Source: a virus. From it: 64,000 nucleotides of DNA. This document shows positions 28,906 through 39,011 of the stretch, one piece after another (the stretch's first letter is position 1; every line of letters starts with the position of its first letter). Where the stretch lies: the IMG/VR virus record IMGVR_UViG_3300020462_000004, positions 3,393-67,392 of that record; one strand, given 5' to 3'. A program made the position numbers and the translations under genes. Below the pieces are notes generated by a model, which was given only the letters and a program-made list of their open reading frames with translations, made no database searches and was not told where the DNA came from.

Positions 28906-30051
28906 ATGTTTATAGATAACGATTTTCCGAAGCTGCTGGGTGCCGAGTTATATAGACCACATCCTGCGTATATCGTAGAAATGGCTTCCGAGCCAGTTGT
29001 GGTACATGACTTCACCAAGCAGCCAGGTCAGACCGTTCAATTAGATCGCTACCGCTTCTTTGGTAATCCTGGTACTAAGACCTCTAGAGAGAGGACTCAG
29101 GATCAGACTATCGGAACAGCAAACAGCAGATCTATCGTAAAGGACAAGGTACTTGTATCTCTTAGGGAATATACAGGTCCTGCTGACCCTAACAATTCAA
29201 ATCTTCCTAGCACATTTAAAATTGCTAGAGAAACCCTAATGACAGCTCAGCGTTTACTTCTTGATACTGGAAACTTAAATATGTTCCATCAATCAATTGG
29301 TTCGTTGACACTGTTAGACGATTACCGTAGATGGAGAGACAGAGTATTCATTGATGAGCTATTCAAATCTGAATCTCGTGGTGCTGCATCTGATACACAG
29401 GGTGGTTACTACTATCCAAATGGTAAGACAAAATCTAACTCAACAACACTAAACTCATACTCTGCTACAGAATATGCTTCTGAGCGTTTCAAGTTTAATG
29501 TAAAGACTGACCTTCTTGAGGTAGTTAAGAGTCTAAGAAAACGTCACGTACCTGTATTCTCAGACGGATATTATCGTTGTATAGCTGACCCTTCACTAAT
29601 GAAGGATCTCAGAGCAGATCAAGGCTTCCGTGAGGTAGCTAGATATCCAGGAATGGGCCAAGGTTCACCTTTAATGGGTTCAATGGCACCTAACCAAGCT
29701 ATTTATGGCGGTGGTCAGTATGGACAGGCTCAGTTCGTAGCTGGTGAACCAGTTATGCCTTCTGGATTCGTATTTGAAGGAGTAAGATTCTTTGAATCTA
29801 CAAACTTCCCATCTAAAACAATAACGGTCGATATTGGAGATGGAAATGGAGCTGTATCTAAGACAACTCCAGCAGGACTATTTTTTGGTCCTCAAGCTAT
29901 CGGTGTTGGTATCGGTGGTCCTAACGCTCAAGTTTTAATCAATAACAATGATGACTTCTCAAGATTCATCATCCTTATATGGCAGCTATATGCTGGTTTT
30001 GCGAACTTGAATAAGGACTTCATTACCACTGCCTTCACAATTACAGAGTAA
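28906..30051 (+). CDS. Major capsid protein (HK97 fold, N4-gp56-like)
   Basis: 381 aa; PGQTVQLDRY, GFVFEGVRFFES and NDDFSRF...W motifs; C-ending codons suggesting high expression. Confidence 0.85.
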   Translation: MFIDNDFPKLLGAELYRPHPAYIVEMASEPVVVHDFTKQPGQTVQLDRYRFFGNPGTKTSRERTQDQTIGTANSRSIVKDKVLVSLREYTGPADPNNSNLPSTFKIARETLMTAQRLLLDTGNLNMFHQSIGSLTLLDDYRRWRDRVFIDELFKSESRGAASDTQGGYYYPNGKTKSNSTTLNSYSATEYASERFKFNVKTDLLEVVKSLRKRHVPVFSDGYYRCIADPSLMKDLRADQGFREVARYPGMGQGSPLMGSMAPNQAIYGGGQYGQAQFVAGEPVMPSGFVFEGVRFFESTNFPSKTITVDIGDGNGAVSKTTPAGLFFGPQAIGVGIGGPNAQVLINNNDDFSRFIILIWQLYAGFANLNKDFITTAFTITE

Positions 30052-30067
30052 TAGGAGGTATTAACTA

Positions 30068-30883
30068 ATGGCAACTTACAAGAGTGACTCAGGAGCAATC
30101 CTTACACCCGGTAATCAGATCAACAAGCTATCCGCATTTAACCATGAGGGTGTACTTGGTTGGCCTGGAATTGAACTCTTCGAACAGGTTGGTTATGCAA
30201 AAGTAACTAACTTATCAGCTGCTCAAGCTAGTAACAAGAGTTTTAGTATCACTGTACCTTCTCCAGATAGAAGAGTAAGTGACAGGGTAAGAGATGACCG
30301 CACAAGCTTAGTGGTCAAAGCAAGTTCAGATAGACCTGCATATGTTTATGGAGCTTCTATAGCTATTGCACAAGACGTACCTTCTGGTGGTCTTCCTAGC
30401 TTCCCAGCATCTCCTATAACAGCAGATCTTGGTGGTACAACTGGTGAAATCCTACTTTTAGGACCTGATAATGCTGGAGCTCCACTTGGTGTTCCTTCAT
30501 CACAATTAAATGGTTTAGCAGCTGCATCTAGTTCTATAACTGCAGCTAACTCACTATTTTCTCAGGGTTCAGCAGATACAACAACTGGAGATTTTCCAGC
30601 TTGGACATCTGTGACTAGTACAATAGCAGCGTCTGACGCAGCTAATTCCATGATGTACAAAGTAACAGCGGATACTACTTTTAAAGTGTATAACTTAAAC
30701 GCTATTGCTAATACTACAATCACTGGTGATGGAGTATTCATCTCACAAGCCGATTCAGATGCAGGTAAAGCAGGTTATATCGTATGTAGAGTTAACTACT
30801 TACGCCCAGCTGCTGCTGTATCTTGGAGTGACGTTTCTTCTTTCGTGGACTTTGCTTCACAAGTAGGCGGAACAGACTCATAA
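30068..30883 (+). CDS. Abundant structural protein (capsid decoration or tail)
   Basis: GGAGG RBS; co-transcribed with the capsid gene before the terminator; Ser/Thr/Ala-rich. Confidence 0.6.
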   Translation: MATYKSDSGAILTPGNQINKLSAFNHEGVLGWPGIELFEQVGYAKVTNLSAAQASNKSFSITVPSPDRRVSDRVRDDRTSLVVKASSDRPAYVYGASIAIAQDVPSGGLPSFPASPITADLGGTTGEILLLGPDNAGAPLGVPSSQLNGLAAASSSITAANSLFSQGSADTTTGDFPAWTSVTSTIAASDAANSMMYKVTADTTFKVYNLNAIANTTITGDGVFISQADSDAGKAGYIVCRVNYLRPAAAVSWSDVSSFVDFASQVGGTDS

Positions 30884-30910
30884 TCTATATCTTTATAGAT
30901 TTATCAAAAG

Positions 30911-30934
30911 GCGAGTCTCTCGACTCGCTTTTTT
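30911..30934 (+). terminator. Rho-independent terminator
   Basis: GCGAGTC-TCTC-GACTCGC-TTTTTT. Confidence 0.9.
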
Positions 30935-30989
30935 ATTGTCAATAAAAAATTATTAAGGTAAGCTTAATTAGAAGAAAACAATTTTAATT

Positions 30990-31430
30990 ATGCTATATCA
31001 ACACAAAGTAACTGGTGGTTTAGTTGAGAAGATATCTCAGCACGGAGATGGAATCTTCATGGTTGTGAATGCGAATGATGAAGTAGATTATGTTCATGAA
31101 GATGATTTAATTCCGCATTTAGAAGCAACTAATGAAAAAATAAAAACAGAAGAAAGATTAACTGCAGAATTAAAATCCACTGGTGATAAGAGTGCAAAAC
31201 CAACTAACAAAGAAACTTTCCCTCTTGATAGACGGTTAAATATTAACACTGCCAGTGCAAGACAAATTGCGGATAGCCTACCTGGTGTAGGGTTGAAAAC
31301 AGCAAGAGATATAAAAGATTTACAAACAACAATGACAGGAGAGAGATATACAAAATTAGAGCAACTTAAAGGAATCAAAAGAATTGATTGGGATGCAATA
31401 TTTAAAGAGAACTTAGTGAGAGTAGACTAG
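30990..31430 (+). CDS. Helix-hairpin-helix (ComEA-like) DNA-binding protein
   Basis: LNINTAS...LPGVGLKTARDI...LEQLKGIKRI. Confidence 0.75.
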   Translation: MLYQHKVTGGLVEKISQHGDGIFMVVNANDEVDYVHEDDLIPHLEATNEKIKTEERLTAELKSTGDKSAKPTNKETFPLDRRLNINTASARQIADSLPGVGLKTARDIKDLQTTMTGERYTKLEQLKGIKRIDWDAIFKENLVRVD

Positions 31431-31455
31431 TAACAGGTATATTTTACTTGTTTGA

Positions 31456-31935
31456 ATGAAGCTCGATACCTTTTTACAATCAAAAGTACGTTGGCATTTA
31501 GGTTATAACATAACTTCCATACCAGCTGGTGACCAAGCTCGACTAGAAGAAGCACTTAATAATGTTCAAGATTCTTTTTGGGTAAGTAAAATAGTAGAGC
31601 AAATTGGTAGGTGTGATGAAGCTGAAAAAAGAACTGATATGACTGGTAGTATTAACAATAATAATATTCCAAAAAATAGAATAGAAAGTATACTTGGTGA
31701 TGTTGATCGTACTGTTTCAACTTCTGATTTCAGACAAACTTTAAAAACTTGGACGGAAATTTATATTTATGAAACAGATAGACTTGCTATGCACCTCTAC
31801 GTACCTAATTACCGCAATCCAGAGCAGGCTAGATATAGATTTAATAGAGAAGGTGCAGAGTTTATACAAGCCCTACCAGGACCAGCTGACGTTGCTGTAG
31901 GGACACGTTTATTTTTAGAGTCAAATCATAGGTAA
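31456..31935 (+). CDS. Putative head-tail adaptor/neck protein
   Basis: Position after the capsid genes; helical KVRWHLGY N-terminus. Confidence 0.5.
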   Translation: MKLDTFLQSKVRWHLGYNITSIPAGDQARLEEALNNVQDSFWVSKIVEQIGRCDEAEKRTDMTGSINNNNIPKNRIESILGDVDRTVSTSDFRQTLKTWTEIYIYETDRLAMHLYVPNYRNPEQARYRFNREGAEFIQALPGPADVAVGTRLFLESNHR

Positions 31936-31942
31936 AAAAACA

Positions 31943-32290
31943 ATGGCAGTAAATCACTTTCAAGATACAATATTTTTTACTGATGCAACTCTAATTGCTC
32001 CAGGAGATGGAACATCTTTACAAGTAGCTTTAAACAATTTTTTCTCTACAAAAAGCTATACTTTTATGGTCACGGTTACTGAGATTGATACTAATGTTGT
32101 TGTTCGTCTAGATGGAAGTATTGATGGAACAAACTATGCTCCAATTATTTCAACTCAAACTATAACTTCAAATGGAACTTATGTATATAGTGTTTCAGAT
32201 AGACCAGTTAAATTTATAAAAGGTGTATTTGTAAGTGAGTCTGGTGGAGATAATTCTGCAACAGTAACTTTTAATTTAGCTGCTTTATAA
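31943..32290 (+). CDS. Small beta-sandwich virion protein
   Basis: VRLDGSIDGTNY motif. Confidence 0.55.
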   Translation: MAVNHFQDTIFFTDATLIAPGDGTSLQVALNNFFSTKSYTFMVTVTEIDTNVVVRLDGSIDGTNYAPIISTQTITSNGTYVYSVSDRPVKFIKGVFVSESGGDNSATVTFNLAAL

Positions 32291-32551
32291 ATGTCTGTTT
32301 TACCTAGAACAAAACTTGGTTATACATTAGGTATAAAAAGAGATAAAAATATTTATGGACAGGGAGAAAAGATTGCTAGAAACCCTTTTGAGGAAAGTAG
32401 GGGTCGTACTAGAATGGCAGGTGACAGACGAGTAGATATCTTCACCGCAGAAAGGGATTATATGAGAGCCCCAACTGTTAGAGGAGATTATCTCCCTAAT
32501 CGTTTTGTAGCATCCGTACCTGTATCTAGATTGGAGAAAACTGATGGCTAA
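32291..32551 (+). CDS. Hypothetical protein
   Basis: ORF track. Confidence 0.55.
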   Translation: MSVLPRTKLGYTLGIKRDKNIYGQGEKIARNPFEESRGRTRMAGDRRVDIFTAERDYMRAPTVRGDYLPNRFVASVPVSRLEKTDG

Positions 32552-32711
32552 AGGAAAAATGCCTCCCCAGCTTCTTGAATATTTTAAGAACAAAAACAAT
32601 AAAAAAGAAGATGGCAGTGGTGAAAAGATGTCCGATAAAGAAAAGCGTAAAGAAGCTTTAGATAAAGCTAGAGATGCTAAAAATAAAAAAGGGAAAAAAG
32701 AAGAAAAATAG
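32544..32711 (+). CDS. Small Lys-rich protein (55 aa)
   Basis: Manual translation MAKGKMPPQLLEYFKNKNNKK... Confidence 0.6.
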   Translation: MAKGKMPPQLLEYFKNKNNKKEDGSGEKMSDKEKRKEALDKARDAKNKKGKKEEK

Positions 32712-32759
32712 GAAAAAAACCTTCCTATATAATTAAAGTAAGTTTCTTAAAAAGTAAAA

Positions 32760-33551
32760 GTGTCAAGTAGTAGTTCAAACAAACAACCTTTAATGGTGGA
32801 TCGCCCAGCAACCGCTTCCACATTATGCACGGTTTCTTCGGGTCAGTCTTTTCTAACAAGTTTGATACCAACATCAGTTGGTGGAGCTACAAAAGTATTT
32901 GATGTTGATTCAGGATTAACAGATACTGCAATTAGTGGAGCATATATAGATGAAATATTTTTTAGGTATACAAAAAGAAGTATTCAGGCTATAGATTCTT
33001 CAGCAGTTACAGCAGGTACATACTCTGCAGATAGCACTACTTGCACAGTAACAATAGCTAATGGGCATAATTTAGAAATAGGACAAAATGTATTTTTAGA
33101 TTTTTCGACATATAGTTCAGGAACTGTTCCAAAAGATGATACTTTTGAGGTAAAAAACACAACTAACTTTACTTCTACAACATTCGATGTTGACATTCCT
33201 TCGTTAAGTGGACCAATTACAGGTAATGTAAATGCATCTCTACCTACCGATTTTTGTTTTTATCTTGTAAGTACTGGAACAGTAACAAATGTAAATCAAT
33301 TTTTTCCTTTATTTATAGCAAGTATAGATTCTAGTCAGCAATATTACAGTTTAACTCTAAATGAGATACTGCCTCTCATAAATCATCCTACTGTTCAGGC
33401 AGGATCTAATTTTGGATCAGGTAATAATGAAATAGCTCCAAAACAAAGAGGTTTGATGTTGAAGAGAGGACAAGCTTTGTATGTAGCTGCGAGTGGAGCC
33501 ACTGCTTTAACAAATGGATTTTATTGTAATGTACAGGGCGGTTTCTATTAA
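32760..33551 (+). CDS. Virion structural protein with one FCCH-like beta repeat
   Basis: VTIANGHNLEIGQNVFL motif. Confidence 0.6.
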   Translation: MSSSSSNKQPLMVDRPATASTLCTVSSGQSFLTSLIPTSVGGATKVFDVDSGLTDTAISGAYIDEIFFRYTKRSIQAIDSSAVTAGTYSADSTTCTVTIANGHNLEIGQNVFLDFSTYSSGTVPKDDTFEVKNTTNFTSTTFDVDIPSLSGPITGNVNASLPTDFCFYLVSTGTVTNVNQFFPLFIASIDSSQQYYSLTLNEILPLINHPTVQAGSNFGSGNNEIAPKQRGLMLKRGQALYVAASGATALTNGFYCNVQGGFY

Positions 33552-33556
33552 ACATA

Positions 33557-35833
33557 ATGGCATTCGAAATAAGAGATTTTGGTAAATCATCAAATTTCGA
33601 TTTTAATAAAAAATTTAAAAATTTTGATAATAAACCAAAAGAACCAAGTATTTATCCAAGAGGATCTGATGGCTATGAATTAGAGAGTGAAGTAAAATTT
33701 TATAATCAAGATTCTTTGTGGACTAGATGGAGAAGAGGATACGAACTATATGTAATGATGCAGACAATATTAGGATCTACTTCTAAAGAAAGAGATAAAC
33801 GAGGAGATTACAGATTATTTTTTACATTTCAACAGTTTCCCGGAGTTTTTATTCCTGCAAGAATATTTACTTTTCCCTCTAAAAATAAAGAGTTAGGTGA
33901 ACATGTTTGTGGAATGAGAGATACAGATGGATTCAGTTTTTATGATTTTGGATTACCAATACTTGCTGTAAGATATTTAGCACCTTCAGTAGATGCAACT
34001 TATCAACAAAGTGGAACAACTTTAATTGTAACTAAAACAGATCATGGCTTATTTCCCGGTGACGATGTTTTCTTAGATATTTCTACTGGAAATGCAATAG
34101 ATGAGACTTTACAAATTGTAAGTAAAACACAGAATACATTTACTGTTACAGCGACTAATTCTCTAACAACTTCGGGTGATGTTACATATCACAATTCAAC
34201 AGCAATTAATGATACAAGATGGAGATTTGTGAGAGTTCAATTAAGAACTTTACCTACAGAAGTAGCTTTTCTTACTGGTGAAAGAATGGCAGATCGAATA
34301 ATTGAAAAAGATCCCGGAATTTCTTCTACATATACAAGGTCAGGTTCAGAGGTAATTGTAACTTGTAGTTCAGTACATGGATTATCAACAGGTAATAAAG
34401 TGTTTTTAGATGTTAGTACTGGTAATGTTTCTTCTGGAAGATATACAATAGAAGTCACATCAAGTACTGAGTTTAAAGTTACTACAATAACAAGCGGAAC
34501 CACTTCAGGAAATCTTACTTTAAGTAGATTACTAAGAGGATTTAGGTATGACGATTATGTAGGATATACAGTTACAGGATCTGATGCAAATACTAATGAA
34601 ATTATTTTTCAAAAGAAAGATAGTTATGGAGCAAAAACTGTAGATACAATTGCTAAAACAACAGTACCAGCTCATAGAGGTTTTGCAGTAGGTAGATTTT
34701 TAACAACAGAATTAAGATGGAATTGTTCGTGTCAGGATTTTTCTAGAAGAGACAGTTATGATTTATTTAAAAGATCAAATAATTCAAGATTTCCTGTTAC
34801 TCCTATAAGAGATACAAAACCCGGAAATGTTTTACAGCCAGATGGAACTCTGAGTGATGAAAGAGACATACCTGGTACTTTTAGAGATTTAGGTTATGTA
34901 ACTATAAATAATTTTTATGAACTACCAGAATATGAAGATGAAAAAGAAAATTCTTTTCAAAATTTACAATATTATCAGCTTCGTTGGTGTAAACATATTT
35001 ACGCAGCTATGTGGTCGTTAGTTCATGATGAAGGTAATGAGCCATTAAAATTAGCAGCAAAATATTCTCAATCAGGAGTAAATATAACTGTAAACTTCGA
35101 AGAACATAATTTAAATAAAAACGATAAAATCCAATTAAATTTTACAAGTGGAAATGCTATTTCTGGAGAATACACAATAACTGATGTACCTGACCCAAAT
35201 AGTTTCGTTGTTATTTATCCATTTGATGAAACAACAAGTGGTTATGTAACTGTTGAAAATTTAAAAAAACATGAATATGTAGGAGCATGGTTATTAGAAC
35301 CTAGTGATAAACCTGTAGGCAAAGGTCTTGAATCGTGGGAAAGAAATTGGAGAAAAGAACAAGAAAAACTTAAAGAATCTGCAGAGATATTTGCTCTATA
35401 TAATCGTTCAACAAAATGGGAAGGAAATAAAGAAATTATTGGTAACTTTAACAATAAACAAAAAGTAGCTAATTTTGATCCATCTGTTGTAGCTATGACA
35501 TTAACAGATAGTTTGAAAAGAGATTCACAAGGAGAATTAGATAGATCTGGAAAATCTTTAAATACAACAAATAGAATGATTGCAATGGTAAATAAATTAT
35601 TTAATAAATCTCCAACTGTTTTAGATGATGTAAAGTTTGGAATTATAAACAAACCTCTTATTGAATTCACTGATATTTTTGAATCAGGATTAATTAATTC
35701 AGGTGATTATATAAATGGTGAGTTTGTTGATTCTTCTGAGAACACAAGTAATCTTGATGCAAGTACTTATAATCCAGATACTAATCAGGATACAGTAGTA
35801 GATGCAGGATTATATGTAAATGTAGAGAGCTAA
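33557..35833 (+). CDS. Large structural protein with three FCCH-like repeats and a SWIM-like zinc motif
   Basis: HGLFPGDDV, HGLSTGNKV, HNLNKNDKI repeats; CSC...WCKH. Confidence 0.65.
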   Translation: MAFEIRDFGKSSNFDFNKKFKNFDNKPKEPSIYPRGSDGYELESEVKFYNQDSLWTRWRRGYELYVMMQTILGSTSKERDKRGDYRLFFTFQQFPGVFIPARIFTFPSKNKELGEHVCGMRDTDGFSFYDFGLPILAVRYLAPSVDATYQQSGTTLIVTKTDHGLFPGDDVFLDISTGNAIDETLQIVSKTQNTFTVTATNSLTTSGDVTYHNSTAINDTRWRFVRVQLRTLPTEVAFLTGERMADRIIEKDPGISSTYTRSGSEVIVTCSSVHGLSTGNKVFLDVSTGNVSSGRYTIEVTSSTEFKVTTITSGTTSGNLTLSRLLRGFRYDDYVGYTVTGSDANTNEIIFQKKDSYGAKTVDTIAKTTVPAHRGFAVGRFLTTELRWNCSCQDFSRRDSYDLFKRSNNSRFPVTPIRDTKPGNVLQPDGTLSDERDIPGTFRDLGYVTINNFYELPEYEDEKENSFQNLQYYQLRWCKHIYAAMWSLVHDEGNEPLKLAAKYSQSGVNITVNFEEHNLNKNDKIQLNFTSGNAISGEYTITDVPDPNSFVVIYPFDETTSGYVTVENLKKHEYVGAWLLEPSDKPVGKGLESWERNWRKEQEKLKESAEIFALYNRSTKWEGNKEIIGNFNNKQKVANFDPSVVAMTLTDSLKRDSQGELDRSGKSLNTTNRMIAMVNKLFNKSPTVLDDVKFGIINKPLIEFTDIFESGLINSGDYINGEFVDSSENTSNLDASTYNPDTNQDTVVDAGLYVNVES

Positions 35834-35835
35834 TT

Positions 35836-36270
35836 ATGGCAGTACAAATTCAAACAAGAAGATCAAGCACAGCTCATGACAGACCTTTCCCTACAAGATT
35901 AGGAACTGGTGAGTTAGCTTTAAATAATAATGATGTAAGCCCTGGATTATTTTTCGCTGATAATACAGCCTCACCAAGTACAGGATTAATAAAAGTAGGT
36001 CCTGTGCATATTGGTAATACTGCACCAAATAGTTCTGCAACTGGATTCACATCATCAAGCAAGGGTGAGACTTGGCTAGATACAGCAAGCACTCATATTT
36101 TTAAAATTTTTGATGGAACGTCATTTCAATCTGTAAAAGCAGTAGCATCAGTATCTTCTGGACAACCTGCTAATCCAGTTGATGGACAATTACATTGGGA
36201 TACATCTGGTGGTGGTAGTGGGGTATTAAAAATATATCTATCTTCCAGTTCTGCTTGGGTTAATGTCTAA
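35836..36270 (+). CDS. Tail fibre proximal/anchor-type protein
   Basis: IQTRRSST...P...LGTGELALN N-terminal motif common to fibre attachment domains. Confidence 0.65.
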   Translation: MAVQIQTRRSSTAHDRPFPTRLGTGELALNNNDVSPGLFFADNTASPSTGLIKVGPVHIGNTAPNSSATGFTSSSKGETWLDTASTHIFKIFDGTSFQSVKAVASVSSGQPANPVDGQLHWDTSGGGSGVLKIYLSSSSAWVNV

Positions 36271-36515
36271 TTTGTGTGATTTAACAGATGATCTAAAATT
36301 CTATCTAATTTAGTATGTACACCTTGCATTTCTCTTAAAAAATCTTCTTTTAAAACATAATCGTGAATTACACTGTTTTTTAAATCATCTACTTCTCGTT
36401 GAATTTTATCAAATTTTCTATCTAATTTTTTATTGAAATTACCCAAAGCCCTTGATATACCAGCAAAAGCTCCAATACTTCCTGAAATAATAGCAGCTAT
36501 GACTTGAGGTTCCAT
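36267..36515 (-). CDS. Small membrane-anchored coiled-coil protein
   Basis: N-terminal hydrophobic helix, YVLKEDF...KLDRI; antisense to the tail cluster. Confidence 0.65.
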   Translation of the reverse strand: MEPQVIAAIISGSIGAFAGISRALGNFNKKLDRKFDKIQREVDDLKNSVIHDYVLKEDFLREMQGVHTKLDRILDHLLNHTN

Positions 36516-36569
36516 ACTTTTATTATAATGGTAGGCACAGTTTAAAATAGATAATTATATATAATTAAC

Positions 36570-37100
36570 ATGGCAACAGGATACGAACCAAATATACAAG
36601 GAGCTATCTCTGTATTAAGAGACTTGATGGTAGCTAATAGTGTGAATATGACTCGTGAACCATACGATCCTAATTACAGAGGATTAGTGGATGCAGTTAT
36701 TGATTTGAAAGAAGGGTTTACAACATTTGCTCCTGCCAAAGTTACTTTTAATGCTATTGCTTTTGAGGATATAACGGAAGGTGATGCTTTATATATGAGA
36801 ACAAGTGATGGTCAAGTAGGAAAAGCTAGTGCTGCAGACGGAAGTATAGAAAATGCATTTGTAATTGGATTTGCAAACATTTCTGGTTTAGCAAATGAAA
36901 CTATACAAGTTGTTGTAGCTGGTTTGAAAGAGATTTCAGGTTTAAATGCAGGGGATTTATTCTTTTTATCTCCTACAACAGCTGGTGCAATAACTGTAAC
37001 TCCTCCTTCATCCGCAGGTCAAGCAGTCGTAAGAATAGGTGAAGCTGCAAGTACAACTCTATTGTCTATTCAAATTGAACCTCCAGTGAAATTAAGCTAA
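36570..37100 (+). CDS. Virion protein (cement/fibre-base-like), paralog A
   Basis: AFEDITEGDALY...GQVGKA...VRIGEA...IEPPV. Confidence 0.6.
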   Translation: MATGYEPNIQGAISVLRDLMVANSVNMTREPYDPNYRGLVDAVIDLKEGFTTFAPAKVTFNAIAFEDITEGDALYMRTSDGQVGKASAADGSIENAFVIGFANISGLANETIQVVVAGLKEISGLNAGDLFFLSPTTAGAITVTPPSSAGQAVVRIGEAASTTLLSIQIEPPVKLS

Positions 37101-37552
37101 TGTCTTATCAACCTTATCCCCCTAATGCTCAAGGTTTTACTGAGTCATTAATAGATTTAAAAACAAATTATCCAGGACAAATAACTAATAAAGTAAACGG
37201 ATTTGAAGCTGAGGCTTTTGAAAATGTAGTTCAAGGTGATGCTGTTTTTTCAAGAGCTAGTGATGGAAAATTAGGAAAAGCAATAGCAAATGATACCCAA
37301 GATAAAGCAAGAGTAGTTGGTTTTGTGGAAACAACTACGTCTGCAGGTAATCTAGTCCGCTGTATTGTAGAAGGTGTTACTCCAATAACAGGATTAGAGT
37401 CTGGTAAAAAATATTTTTTATCAGCTAATTCTGCAGGATCAATAACAAAAAATCCTCCAGTAAACTCAGGACATTATGTTACAAGAGTAGGACAAGCTGC
37501 TACTACTGCTTCATTAATAGTAAAGACAGAACCACCTGTTGAGTTAAGTTAA
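37100..37552 (+). CDS. Virion protein (cement/fibre-base-like), paralog B
   Basis: AFENVVQGDAVF...GKLGKA...TRVGQA...TEPPV; clearly homologous to the previous gene. Confidence 0.6.
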   Translation: MSYQPYPPNAQGFTESLIDLKTNYPGQITNKVNGFEAEAFENVVQGDAVFSRASDGKLGKAIANDTQDKARVVGFVETTTSAGNLVRCIVEGVTPITGLESGKKYFLSANSAGSITKNPPVNSGHYVTRVGQAATTASLIVKTEPPVELS

Positions 37553-37618
37553 CAATTTAGTGGGATTAAAATAAATATAAATAAGTTCTTTTGAACGAGA
37601 ATCTAATCTAGATATAAG

Positions 37619-39007
37619 ATGGCAACTAGAAAATCATTAGTGCTTGTTTCAGGGCTTTTTGAGGAGTTAGATTCATCTTCTGATAAATTAGATTTTGCTG
37701 GTAATACAACTGCAGATTTAACTGAAAATACTAATCTTTATTACACTGATGCAAGATCAAGGGCTGCCGTATCTGTAACTGATTCTGGGGGTGATGGTAG
37801 TCTTTTATATAACAGTTCAACAGGAGTAATTACATATACAGGACCTTCAGCATCTGAAGTAAGAGCTCATATTAGTGTGGCATCTGGTTCAGGCTTAACT
37901 TTTTCTGGTGGTGAGATCGGGACATCTGCTATACCAAATTCCCAATTAGCAAATTCATCTTTGACAGTTGGAAGTACTTCTATTAATTTAGGAGCTACTG
38001 CAACAACGATTGCAGGTTTATCTGCTCTTACTTCCACCACTTTGACTGCAACAACTTTAATTTCTGGAGTAGCAGACGCAGCAAACGCTATATCTATAGC
38101 TGGGGGAAATATAACTTTTGAAGGGTCAAGTGCTGATACTGACGAAATAATATTAACAGCAGCTGATGCATCAGGTGGAGACAAAACAATTACTCTTCCT
38201 AACACAACTGGAACCGTTGCATTAACTAGTGATATTGTCTATCCAGTCACTTTGACAAATTCTGTTACGTTAACAAATAAAACATTAGCTCTCGGCTCTA
38301 ACACAATATCTGGTACAACCGCAGAATTTAATACTGCATTGACTGACGGTTCGTTTGCTACACTAGCTGGTTCTGAAACTTTAACAAATAAAAGCCTTAC
38401 TGCTCCAACTTTAACTGGGTCTTCTACTTCTGCTGGTAGCATAATTTTTAAAGAAGATACAGATAATGGAACTAATTCAGCAACATTATTAGGACCTGCT
38501 TCCACAGCTGATGTGATAATAACATTACCAGCCGAAACAGGTACTGTGTTAACAACTGCCTCTTCAATTGCTAATAGTAATCTTGCAAATAGCACAATAA
38601 CTATAGGAAGTTCTTCTGTTGCATTAGGATCTAGTCAAACTACATTTACTGGATTAGCTTCTATTACTTCAACTGCTGTAGTAACAAATGATAGTGGATT
38701 TAGAGTTAGAAATAACAGCGACAATACAAAAATAGTTGCACTTGATTGTTCTGGAATTACAGGAAGTACAACAAGGACATTAACAATACCTGATCAGGAT
38801 GGAACAATTGCTTTAGTTGGGGGTGGATCAACTGAGTTTGCAGATGATGTTTTCAGAGTTACTGACAATGGTGATTCAAGCAAAAAATTAGCTTTTGAAT
38901 GTTCTGGGATTACAGGTAGTACAACAAGAACCATGACTGTCCCTGACAGTGATGGGACAATAAGTACGGAGAGTTTTGCTACCGCAATAGCAGTAGCGTT
39001 AGGATAG
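37619..39007 (+). CDS. Tail fibre protein
   Basis: Ser/Thr-rich with TLTNKTL, ITLPxxTGT and duplicated CSGITGSTTRT repeats; ends AIAVALG. Confidence 0.75.
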   Translation: MATRKSLVLVSGLFEELDSSSDKLDFAGNTTADLTENTNLYYTDARSRAAVSVTDSGGDGSLLYNSSTGVITYTGPSASEVRAHISVASGSGLTFSGGEIGTSAIPNSQLANSSLTVGSTSINLGATATTIAGLSALTSTTLTATTLISGVADAANAISIAGGNITFEGSSADTDEIILTAADASGGDKTITLPNTTGTVALTSDIVYPVTLTNSVTLTNKTLALGSNTISGTTAEFNTALTDGSFATLAGSETLTNKSLTAPTLTGSSTSAGSIIFKEDTDNGTNSATLLGPASTADVIITLPAETGTVLTTASSIANSNLANSTITIGSSSVALGSSQTTFTGLASITSTAVVTNDSGFRVRNNSDNTKIVALDCSGITGSTTRTLTIPDQDGTIALVGGGSTEFADDVFRVTDNGDSSKKLAFECSGITGSTTRTMTVPDSDGTISTESFATAIAVALG

Positions 39008-39011
39008 TATT

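Noticed and set aside
30990-31430. PsbU (also an HhH-like fold) as a photosynthesis gene
   Set aside because: No signal peptide; LPGVG hairpin and context fit a ComEA-like DNA-binding domain better.
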